A stretch of 64,000 nt of DNA. Source: Carcharhinus amblyrhynchos (taxonomy: Eukaryota). Made by a program: the position numbers and the translations under genes. The first letter of the stretch is position 1, and each line of letters begins with the position of its first letter. Below the pieces are notes generated by a model. It did no database searches. It worked only from the letters and a program-made list of their open reading frames with translations, and was not told the origin of the DNA. This document shows positions 36,221 to 47,272 of this stretch, piece by piece. Location of the stretch: the NCBI GenBank assembly GCA_965287045.1, contig OZ336875.1, positions 54,250,001 through 54,314,000 on the forward strand, in the 5' to 3' direction.

Positions 36221-37639
36221 TACACCTGGATGCTACCCCCGACTTCGAGAAGATACTAGAAATGGTGAAATCCCCTTCAAGTATGGGAGTCGAGGTAATC
36301 TGGGTAACGTGATCGTGGGAAGTTAGGAGTCGGAGCTCCTTCAACTGAACTCTACTACCCAATTGATTAGAGATCAGGAGTTAATCACTCGCCGTTATAC
36401 TATTGGATTGAAGCACCAGCCATGAAAAGCCATTGTCAATAGTTGGTCCCTCCAAGTTAAGCTTTTCCATTAATGTCCACGAAGATTTGATGCCAGTGGA
36501 ATAAGAACCCCTGTTAAAATCTTACAGCAGTTTGTGTGCTTGAATCTCATGTAATTGTGGGGTAATTACTGTTCTCCCCCAACCCGTTCTTGTACTTTTG
36601 AACCTTACAACATTTGAAATTGCCAACATCTTTTGCAGCTCCCACCACAAAGGTTGGCAGTCCTCTAGCTCACCGTGCAGACTCACAAAATAAGATCCAT
36701 CAGGAATTCAGTATGATTTTCAGAATATGTAACGTGTTTTGAGAAAACATTGCAGTTCAGTTTTTTTCTCAAAGATTCACACCTCCGATCTAGTTCTGTC
36801 CCAGCCCTGCAAACTTCACTTAGTTCCTCCCCTGTATGGCCCCAGACTACATTCATGCACTCCATTTAATCCAACCTGCCCAATCTCAATGATACCCAAT
36901 GGCTGACTGCACATAGCCCTGTGGCCCAGTGTTTAGCTTTCACTAAATCCTCTTTCTGTCCGTCGTTTGGAATTGAAGACATTTTTTGCATTCTCATTAT
37001 AGCCCGTCCAAGAAATGTCGTTGTGATGAGCATGGGAAGTCTTGGTGCAAATTTATCTGTCCGAATGAGAAATCAATCTGGATGACATTTATGTGATAAC
37101 ACTTCCTGTCACTGTAGGATTCATTTGTCAATTTAGAGTGGTTGTTTTTATTGATAAACTAATGAATTCTGAAGAACAAGAAGTCTTTCTGATTGTATTT
37201 CAATATGTATAGAAATTAATCCCAGTAATATTAACTTAATGAAATATATCTGCATTAACTCAATTGCTTCCCAAACAATTCTATAGGTCATCCATTTAAA
37301 GGAACAGATAATTTCTTGTCAGGAGTTGTTGGCAGTAATCATAATTTATATGAAAAACTGTGCATAATTTTAAGTAACTTATGTTGCTGTCAAACTTTAA
37401 AGAATGACTATATCAGCCTTTCTCCTTGAGAGAAAGTCAAGGCCAACAGAAAACAGCAGTAAAGCTAACCGAATGTAAAAGCTATTGAGGGCGGTATAGG
37501 AGTTTAAGGACACAACCCAAAGGGATGGGTAACGTCAACAGCTACAACTTGCGTTTATTTAGTGCCTATAATGTAGTTAAATGTGTCAAGGTGCCAAATA
37601 GAAGTAAACAAAGTAAGCGTTGAGAAGAGCAACAAGTTC

Positions 37640-39095
37640 TTATTTCCTCCATCATCCTCAACATCCATACCCTTCTCATGACACCTTCCCATGTAATCAC
37701 AGGTCGAGTAAACCTGCTCCTTTATCTCCTCCTTCCTCATTGGCCAAGGCCACAAACAGTCCTCTTGAGTAAAGCAGCGACTTACTGGCACTTCTTTTCA
37801 TTTAGTTTAGATTCCCTACTTCCAATGCAGTCTTCCCTACATCGGGGAGGCCAAACATAGACTGGGTGACCACTTTGCAGAACGCCTTCCTTAAGTCCAC
37901 AAGCATGATCCTGACCCTCTGGTTGCTTGCCATTTCAATTCACAATTTGTTCTTATTTCTGTCCTTGGCCTGCTGCTCCAATGAAGCCCAAAAAAGCTGC
38001 AGGAACAGCCTCTCATCTTCTGGACTCAACATTGAGTTCAACAATACTAACCACAGATTCTGTTCTCCATTTTGATTGCTTTTTTCCTAAGTGCCAATCT
38101 ATATCTTTCAGACACTCTGAACATTGCAGAGTACCATAGCTCTGGTTAGTGGGCAAGGCGTATTCCCACCCAAAAGGCTGGTAGCATAGTATTGACTGGG
38201 GCACATGCAGCGATCCGTCAGTGCGGTGATCAGTGCACGTGCACTGCCTCCCACCCCCCTCCCCGTTCCTATCCAATGCCAGTCTCCTGATCGCTGGCCA
38301 GCCCTGCAACCCTCCTCCAATCACTGGCCAGCCCCATAACCCCCTGATCACTGGCCTTCCAATGCCCTACCCAATTGCTGGCATACCTGGCATTCCCAGG
38401 CCAGCCCTGATGTGTCACACCCGCCCCAGGCCTGACCCACCCCTTACCTCCATGGCCAGCACCAATCATCTCCTCCTCCACTGATCCCAATTGCAGAGTG
38501 GCAGTGTTCCCCCCCCCGCAACCAATTGCCCCCCCCCACCCCACAGTAAACCCATGTATGCCCCACCTCTCGGTGTTTGGTGGGCAGTGCCAAGGTGCCT
38601 TGTGGGTAGTGCCAGTGTGCCCTTGGGCACTACCATAGTGGCACTGCCCAAGAAGCACACTGCCCTTACCCCTGACCTGCCGGGGGACCTCAATGGCCCT
38701 TGTTCCCTCCAGCAGAGTGAGGACACCTGTTTTGCGTTGGTGGGGAGCAGTCATAAACCCCACTGGAGGGAACCACTACCAGTGGATGGGGAGACGGTAG
38801 CAGGCCCAGAGAATACTGTCCTGGGCTCGGTCAGCTCTGTGCCAATTTCCGGCGCAAAGCTGATTGCGCTATAAAAAGTGCTTGGGAAACTCGCGACTGG
38901 CATTACAACCTCGCAAAAGGGCCCCAGATGGTGTCTCCTACCTGCTGCACTGCTTAATCCTGACCATTATGTTTCTACTTCTCTCCCGTGCAAAGAAAGG
39001 TCATGTTGGACTCAAAAATGTTGACTCAGTTTCTCTCTCCACAGATGCTGCCAGATCAGCTGAATTTTCCAGCACTTACTGTTTTCATTTAAGTT
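37640..39095 (+). mobile_element. Degenerate Penelope family-2 element with a GC-rich MITE-like insertion (~38130-38940)
   Basis: LPYIGEAKHRLGDHFAE GIY-YIG remnant at ~37830-37885; 3' terminus ctctctccacagatgctgccagatcagctgaattttccagca at 39033-39075. Confidence 0.65.
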
Positions 39096-39666
39096 CTTAA
39101 TGACCACCGGTGGTGAGAATAAAACTGTTCAGTCATAGAAACATAAAATGAGGAGGGTTAGGCCATTTGGCCCTTCAAGCCTGCACCGCCATTCAATATA
39201 CTTTCATGGCTAATCTTCCATTTCAATGCCACAGTCCTGTGCACTCCCCAAACCCCTTGACACCTCTCGAGTTTAGAAATCTATTTCCTTCTTACGTATA
39301 CTCAGTGATGTGGCCTCCACAGCCATCTGAGGTATAGAATTCCACAGGTTTACCACTCTCTGAGTAAAGAAGTTACTTCTCATCTCAGTCCTAAATGGCC
39401 TTTCCATACCCTGAGACTGTGACCCTTTGTTCTAGGTTCCCCAGCCAGAGTAGACAACATCCCTGCATTCAGTCTGTCCAGCTCTGTTGGAATTTTACAC
39501 ATTTCAGTGAGACCCCCAGTGAATACAAGCCTAGTTGACCCAAATTCTCCTCAGATATCAATCCCTCCATCCCAGAAATCAATCTGGGTGAATCTTCCCT
39601 GACTCCCTGTAGGACAAGTAGACACTTTCTTAAATACGGATACCAAAGCTGCACACAATACTTCAT

Positions 39667-40822
39667 GGGCCCGATTTTACCATTTTGATTCTTAGTGCTG
39701 AATCTGGGAGTGTTTCAGATCCGACTTTTAGCCCCATTCTCCAGCGCCTCCACACACACGCTGCCTGAAAAAAAGCAACAATTCCGAATCATGCTGTAGA
39801 AGTGTGTGGGCGGAGCTTATTGCGCCCAAAACCCTGCAGCTCCGATCAGACCCTTCAACTGCGCATATGCAGTAAAAAAAGTAGAAAAACGCTCCTCTGC
39901 CACAACACTTCTGGGCCCGATATTTCCTCCCCCTGGCCCCCAGAGACATTGCCCCCCCCACCATATAAGTGACCTCCTTATCCTACCCAACCCCCACTTG
40001 CCAGACCAATCGCAGCCCCCGCCCCCATCCCCAGCCCACCGATTGTACGCAGAGTGGCAGGGAATCCCCCTTCGCCGCCACCAATCGCCACAGAGTGGCA
40101 GTGGACCCCCACCAGACAGCTATCTGACCCACTTCCCTCACCCCCCCACCAGACAGCTATCTGACCCACTTCCCTCACCCCCCACCAGACAGCTATCTGA
40201 CCCACTTCCCTCACCCCCCCACCAGACAGCTATCTGACCCACTTCCCTCAACCCCCCACCAGAAAGCCACTTGACCTGCCTTCCTCCTCTCCCCCGACCA
40301 AACAGCAATCTGACCCTCCTCCCTACCTCCTACCAGAGAGCCATCAGACCTGCCTCCCTCCTTCCCCCCACCAGAGAGCCTTCTGACCAGCCTCCCTCAC
40401 CCCCTCCCCGCATTAGACAGACATCTGACCCACCTCTCTCCTTCCCCGCCCCACAACCCCACCGCCAATCTGAGTTAGAGAGCGGCTGGAACCTCTGAAC
40501 TTACCTCCTCAGAAGCTGGAGCATCTGAATCAGACCTTTGCAAACCATGTCTGTTTCGCATCAAATCTGGTCTGGCGAACACAGTGGTAAAGGGGGAAAT
40601 GCCAGTAAGTTTGGGTGTCCAGCCCATTAAGTCAATTTAAATGCATGCAAATACATTTAAATTGATGTTTTCGGTCATGGTGTCAACAGCAGCCATTTTA
40701 GGCCCTTGGTATAGCGAGAACGGGAGCGGAGGCAGTCGCAGATCGCGCTAGTCACTTCACGCCTGACTTTACCAAATTTTTACGCCCAAAAATGGGTGCA
40801 ACTTGATGGTAAAATCGGGCCC
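39667..40822. mobile_element. GC-rich MITE with perfect 17-bp TIR gggcccgattttaccat
   Basis: gggcccgattttaccat ... atggtaaaatcgggccc; same family as 22672-24064. Confidence 0.85.
40111..40440. repeat. Minisatellite, 36-37 bp unit, 4 near-perfect plus ~4 degenerate copies
   Basis: accagacagctatctgacccacttccctca(c)n starting at 40111, 40148, 40184, 40221. Confidence 0.95.
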
Positions 40823-41109
40823 AACGTGTGGTCTAACCAAGGCCCAGTAAGACATCCTTGCTTATGTATGCAAATCCTCTTGGGGAAAAAAGGCCAACAA
40901 ACAATTTGCTTTCCTAACTGCTTGCTGCACCTATATGCTTGTTTTAGTGTTTAGTGTACTGGAATACCCAGATCCCTTTGTACGTCAACATTTCCCCTGA
41001 AAAGGATACCTGTAATTTTTGAGACCAACAACCACTGGCAACTGTATATCGTTAAGAAAATGTAGAACAGTGAGTCAGGTGCATTCTGTAGCACAATGGC
41101 TATTCAAAA

Positions 41110-41465
41110 GATTGAACAGAGACATGGGTTCAAATCCCACCACAGTAGCTGAGGAATTTAAATTCAATAATGGTGACTGGATTGTTTAAAAACCCATCTG
41201 GTTAATGAATATCACTCAGGGAAGGAAATCTGCTGTCCTGACCTGGTCCGAGCAAGGCTCACAACAATGTGATTAACTCTTCACTGGCCTCTGAATCAGC
41301 CCACTTAATGCACTCAGCATTAACCCAGGCACCGGACACATACTGTGGTTGTGCATGTAACACATTGACCGCTGGAATTCAATAATACAGTTCATCACCA
41401 CCTTCTCAAAGGCAATTAGGGATGAGCAATAAATATTGGCTCACTTCCCATGAAGGAATGAAGCA
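41110..41465 (+). mobile_element. tRNA-headed SINE family B
   Basis: gggttcaaatcccacc B-box; ggcaattagggatgagcaataaat tail. Confidence 0.75.
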
Positions 41466-42829
41466 AAAAGTGGATAGGATCATCCTGACCCATTTTATCC
41501 ATCCTGGGGCAATGGATCGATGACTAAAGGAAAACTGCTCATATTCTGGCAGTCCTTCACTAGGAGCTAGACAGGAATGACTGGGCATGAATTGGAGCAT
41601 AACCCCTCGAGTTAGGAAGCATCCAGTTCACTAGGAGTAGCTGACGAAGAGTGGGAGCATCAAGGCCTTGGGACTAACAGGAAAACCCTGCGAGTGTTGG
41701 TCAGGAAGGATAGGGAGGCCAATTGGCTAAAATATATTTTATTCAAGTAGAGGAAGCTTCACACTACATCTGCCTCTGAGCTCAGAGCGTTGCTCCAGAG
41801 TCCCAACTGCTCGAATAGTATCCAACCAGCTGGTTGATCAACATAAACATTCACCCAAAGGCACTTTGCACACACGTGTTGGACAAAACTCTTCTGCAGA
41901 GTAGAAAGGAAATGCAGTTCTGGTAAACATGTGATAAAATTTGAAGTTTTGTTGTCCTATAGTGTCTCAGTTGTACAGCTAAAGCTGGTGGCTACTCTCA
42001 TCTTCAGTAAAGTGCCTCTTGAACTGCTTAATTTGAAGAAGTCCCTGTCCAAAACCTTCAATTGGAAGGAGAACGACTCGGGTAAAAGGCTAAAAGCAGA
42101 AGGAAAATGCTGGAGAAGTTCATGAAGACAATCAGTGGAACAGTTGCAGGCACTACACGCTGCATTATTCATATTGATAACTTCAGACCTTTGACAGCAG
42201 AAAGAAATGAAACTGCAAACCTTCTGATAACATCAATACGACAGCAGTTGCTGTAATACTCGGGTAAGGCAGCTGCTCCCAGGCACCGATAATGAAGTGA
42301 AGAATGCTACATGCCCTTTGCCTGTCCGACTGACAGCTGACATTAAAAGAAAGTTTTTTTTTTGACATTAACAGACAAGAGAGGACAGCTGCCACACCAG
42401 AAAAGCCACTTTGCTCAGCCCCAGTTCCGAATGCCAGAGGCGGACAGCCATCTGATGAATAAACAATCCATTGAGAAATGAACTTTTGTTTCATCAGAGA
42501 ATGTTAGCCATTGCCAGGGGCAATAGACTCTTTGGGAGGGGAAAGACAAGGGTGAGGAAATAATCAACGCACAAACTAATTCCAAATTGCCTGAAAGAAG
42601 TAATTCAAACTTGTGAATAAAATAATACTGTGCAAAAGATACTTAGCAACATACAGAGCACAAAATACTTCCAAATTACAAGTCACCATTCCCTTGCCTT
42701 TGACCCCGTTATATTGGCAGGACTAACCGACCATCTCATCAGGACATGACTAACTGCCTCCCAACCCCACAACCAAACCTGATTATCCACAAACACAACC
42801 CAACTACTGGGTAAATGGGTGATCATGGG

Positions 42830-43165
42830 GATAGACAAATGATTTTGGACGTGCAGAGACTATTTCCTTGGGTGGATGTAGCTGTTACTAGGGGGCATAA
42901 CTTTAAGGATCATGGTGGGAGATATAGGAGGGATGTCTGAGGTAGATTCTTTACTCAGAGAGTGGTTGGGGTGTGGAATGCACTGCCTGCTCTGATAATA
43001 GAGTTGGACACTTTAGGAACTTTCAAGCGGTTATTGGATAGGCCCTTGGAGCACACCAGAATGCTAGGGAGTGGGGTAGGTTGATCTTGGGTTTGGACAT
43101 AGCTCGGCATAACATCGAGGGCCGAAGGGCCTGTACTGTGCTGTACTTTTCTATCTTTCTATGAT
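42830..43165 (+). mobile_element. CR1 3' end
   Basis: ttctttactcagagagtggttggggtgtggaatgcactgcc; gggccgaagggcctgtactgtgctgtac tail. Confidence 0.9.
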
Positions 43166-43566
43166 ATGACTGCCCTCCCCACCAACTCCCCCCCTGCCGC
43201 CCCACCAACTTCTTGGATAGAGTACCATCAATTACCACCCCCACCCCCAAACCCCCCTGTCAATTGGGTGTTCAGGAAGTCTTCAAGCAAATTGGGGGTG
43301 CAAGGTGGTGGAGGGGGACCATGAGGTACAGGGGTGTAGTCAGTTGGCAGAGGGGTTGTTGTAGCACCATGAGAGAGGGAAGTGGTCACTGATTGAGAGA
43401 TTGGCTGTGGAGCTACCCAGGCGTTAGATGAAGTTTTAAACTAACATTTCCTGGACAATTATCCAGGTAAGTACCACAAATATGTCCTAGCTGTCCAACT
43501 GTAACTCGGAATTGGGGGCCTTACAAACAGATAAAAGAGAGTAGGCAGTTCTCAGAGGCATACGAC

Positions 43567-44983
43567 TGTTCAGGATAAGAGTTAACTGCCTTTTAATAAA
43601 GTTAAAAGCCAACTGAATGAATAGTGGGCCTGCATTAGGTGCTGTGTGTGCCAGAGAAAGAGTTAGTTTTAAGGGATTTTATTTGTATGAGTAAACATTA
43701 GAAATAAAGTATAGGTTTAGGTAGGTTTAATTTAATGTTTCTGTGCTCAGTTTTCAGGCTGAACAAATATTTATCTGTGTAGGGATTTCATTTCAATATT
43801 CAGCTGAGACACTATCGTGCTTTAGAGTTTCGGAACGCAAACTGCTGAATTGCCTAGCAACTAGAGTTTGGAATGGAAGGAGCAAGTCGTTTCCTTTGTT
43901 CTGGAATCTGTAGCAAAAGCTAGTTAGTTCAGTTGAAGACTGGAAGAGACAAAGAATGAGTCTCTCAGGTCTGCATGAAGCTGTAACATTATAATGGAGT
44001 AATGGTTCAAACAGCCAGCTAGAGTTCCATGGGGAACAACTGGTAAGGAATTCGTGGAAGTCCAAAGATCCAGAGAGCTGTAACAAGAAGTTTCTGAACA
44101 TCTGAAACTCAGTGACCAGAGACTATTGGAGATCAGACTTCTGTTTCAGAGAACCAGACAAAACTAAAAGAGATAAATATAAAATACTATTGATGCCGGA
44201 ATCTGAAATAAAAACAGAAAATGCTGGAAAATCTCAGCAGGTCTGACAACTTCTGCGGAGAGAGAATAGAGCCAAAGTTTCGAGTCAGGGTGACCCTTTG
44301 GTAGAGCTAAAAGAGATTTGTTGATGAGAAATATTAGAAAAATGGTTTTCTACTGGGAATTCTGATGTTTGAAATGTTCTATTACTCTTTGTCATCAAGA
44401 CCTAAAAGGTAGTGAAAAGTGTGATTTTATTAAGAATGTGGCAGGGGCAAAGATTTAGTTCAAAATCCTGGCAAGGATTCGCTGTTAAAGGTGGAGTGGA
44501 AGCCCTGATCAATTGGGTCTTCGGAAAACGTGCACTACATTTTGGAATGCAGATCGCTAAGTGAATGTTTTGCTACGAGAGAAAATTTTAAAGCCTATTT
44601 CTGGGAATGGAGGCGCTCTCGTATTACAATCATCTGTGGGGGCGGGGTGGGGGGGCGGGTCCGGTTGGATTCAAAGGAGAAATCCACAAATATTGACTTT
44701 GTGTGCTGATGTGACGATCATAGCTTCACATGTATTTGTCATCTGTATTTATCTTAAATCTATGTGCAAGTGTTAATCTAAAGGAGGAGTAGAGGTGTAT
44801 TGTATTCCAATCCATTTCTAGTGTTTGATAATTTTATGTTGTTAATAATTAATTAGCGGTCCTGTGACTCAGTTTCCCCCACGCTTGATAAAAACAAAAA
44901 ATTAAAGTAACTGTTATGATCTGAGCTATGGTTCCATTCTAGGATCATCCTGTCCAGTTACAACAACAACTGGGATCATAACA
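43567..44983 (+). mobile_element. Possible solo LTR
   Basis: Starts tgtt, ends gggatcataaca (TG...CA); no clear TSD. Confidence 0.35.
44175..44306 (-). mobile_element. Penelope family-2 3' terminus with 11-bp TSD and decayed hammerhead
   Basis: TSD ctaaaagagat at 44164-44174 and 44307-44317; minus strand ctaccaaagggtcaccctgactcgaaac. Confidence 0.75.
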
Positions 44984-45669
44984 TATTTGGAATTGAATTC
45001 AGTAATTACTGATGAGGGATGGTTGGTGTCCTTTGTCAAATGTAGGCCTCTACCCATAATAAGCAGGGACAGAGTAAGTGGTGGGAACTGTACTGGAACT
45101 AATTTTCCCCTTGAATTGAATCAGATGTTCAAAGTTGAGATATTCTAAACCAACATGCCATTATACCAGGCTAATTAGCCCTCTCATTGCCTCTGGCTGT
45201 GTTAGAACCAAAGCGCAAAAGATACACAGTGCACCATTAAACCCATTATTTTTTAACCTCTTTACTTAATTAATTTTTAATATGAGGCATAAATGGAGTT
45301 CATTATAAAGAACCATGGGGACTAATTTATATCCAATCCATAGCAATATCTCACATAATACAGAGGTGTCAAGTCAGGCCACTCTCGAGACTAAATATAA
45401 GTCCATTGATCTTTATAATGGGTGGGCTATTAATTTCCTTCCAATTTTATTTTATAATGTTAAGTCATTTCCTCATGACAACCTCCTGTGTATTAGGCAT
45501 TTGTGGGAACTAAGAGATTGCATAATGTGGGGAGGTAACTCTATGGGTGAAGAGCTTTACAGTTAAATCTTTAATTACAACATTACTCATTAACTGAAAT
45601 TCTGCTTATATCTTAGACCATTTTTGTTCGTGGTGTTTATTATTACAGTCCAGAACAGTGACAGTGACA

Positions 45670-46255
45670 TAGGAACAGAAGGATTGGCTCTTGGAGTAAA
45701 GCGCATGAGCCCTTGAGTCTGCTCAAACATTTAATAAAGATGATCCTCAATCACAACTCAACTTCCCCGCCTGAACACCATATCCTTGATTCTTCCAAAA
45801 TCCAAAAGTCTAATGATCGTAACCTTGAACAACTGAGCATCCATAGCCCTCTGGCATAGTGAATTTCAAAGGTTCACAACTGTCTGAGTGTAGACATTTC
45901 TCCACATCTCATTTAAATGACTCCTAGTTTCAGATTCTCCAATCAGGTTGTGGTGATTGCTTCTTTAAGGCCAACACCAGCCATTTGACTCTTATTCTGC
46001 TCTGTTGACCTTAAAGGGACAATCATCACTGATTGGGCCTTTAAGGCTAACATAGGTGAAACAGCCTCTCAGCATTTATCTTGTCAAGATCTCTCAAAAT
46101 CATATGTTTCAATGAACTCATCCCTCATTTTCCTAAACTACAGAGTAAATGCCTATTTCTGCTCAGTCTCTCAGTGGAGAAATTGTATTTGTGAACCTCT
46201 GTTGTCCCTCTCTAAGCTGAGTATATCATTCTGCCAGTACTGCTACCAAAACTAT
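45670..46255 (-). mobile_element. Old CR1 3' fragment
   Basis: gagcccttgagtctgctc tail; gaatttcaaaggttcacaac; tatgtttcaatg..catccctcatt. Confidence 0.7.
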
Positions 46256-46894
46256 GAAGGGGCTTCCCTTCACGCAATCCGAAGAGTCAGCAGGGACACA
46301 TCCTCACAGACTCCGAGTCTCAGTAACTATTTCACGCTTGAACGCACATCAGTTGGCTGCAGGAGGGATTTCCACCCTTCATTCAGGAGGAAGTCTTACC
46401 TTACTGAACTGCCAGCCAATCTGATTGGTCAACAGCTCTCCAGTCCCTATAGTGACAAAGAGCTAGTGTGGACTGAACAGAAAGTATATCAACATACCAG
46501 AGCCTAAGTTCCGTGACTGGAGGGCAAGGTAAGTTTAAGGGGTCCCAGGGTGCAGTGCAGGGAGAGCACAAAAGATCTGCAGGGCAATTGGAATGTTAGG
46601 AGAGAGGCTTGGACGGAGATGGAAGCGAAGTCCAACATCCACTGGACCTTAAGGAGGGGGGAAATGGGGGGATACTACAGTCAGAAGGCAGCTTCTGATG
46701 GAAGCACCCCCTCCCCACCACCTTTCTGCCTGAGACTTAAGCCCATTCCTGTTTGAGCTTTCCCTGCAATAGGCAAACCCTCCTGCTAGCTTAAAAATTG
46801 AGACTGGATGAGAAACTGTCTTGGCCTTTAAGATCCATACCTACTGGGGTATGGGTTCCACGCACAGGGACTCTCACTGGGGTACGGGTTCATA

Positions 46895-47072
46895 AAATCA
46901 TGCAACCACTACAGAGCAGAACGAGACCTTTCAGTCCATTGAATCTGCAACAATTCTCCAAGAGATAATGTTACACAGGCCCAAGCCCCCTGGCCCTATC
47001 CCCATAACCCTACACATTTACCATCCACCTAACCTATACATCTTTGGACTATGGGGGGAAGCCGGAGCACTG
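46895..47072 (-). mobile_element. V-SINE/HE1-like SINE 3' part
   Basis: cacctaacctatacatctttggactatggggggaagccggagcac. Confidence 0.8.
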
Positions 47073-47272
47073 TGACTGGCATGTAATGAGAAAGCTGGGT
47101 AGAGTTTTGACCAGTTAGTTACAGGGTTGTCCCGGTTCAGTTCAAAAATCAGGGACACATCTATAGGCAACTTTCCCTTATTCACAGATATGGGCTCTCA
47201 GAATCCTGGAGTCAGGGATATGCACTTCACCTTGCTCTGCCTGTCTGTAGGTGTGTAAAAGATGCCAGGTGC

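Larger units (their letters stand above)
39130..41000 (-). mobile_element. CR1 3' region interrupted by MITE 39667-40822
   Basis: KYCVQLWYPYLRK..; continues after the MITE with gtgtggtctaaccaaggccc. Confidence 0.85.

Noticed and set aside
38233-38874. Overlapping Pro/Gly-rich ORFs
   Set aside because: GC-rich MITE interior with short internal repeats; no coding signature.
41962-42081. Plus-strand exon candidate
   Set aside because: Weak donor and no recognisable protein.
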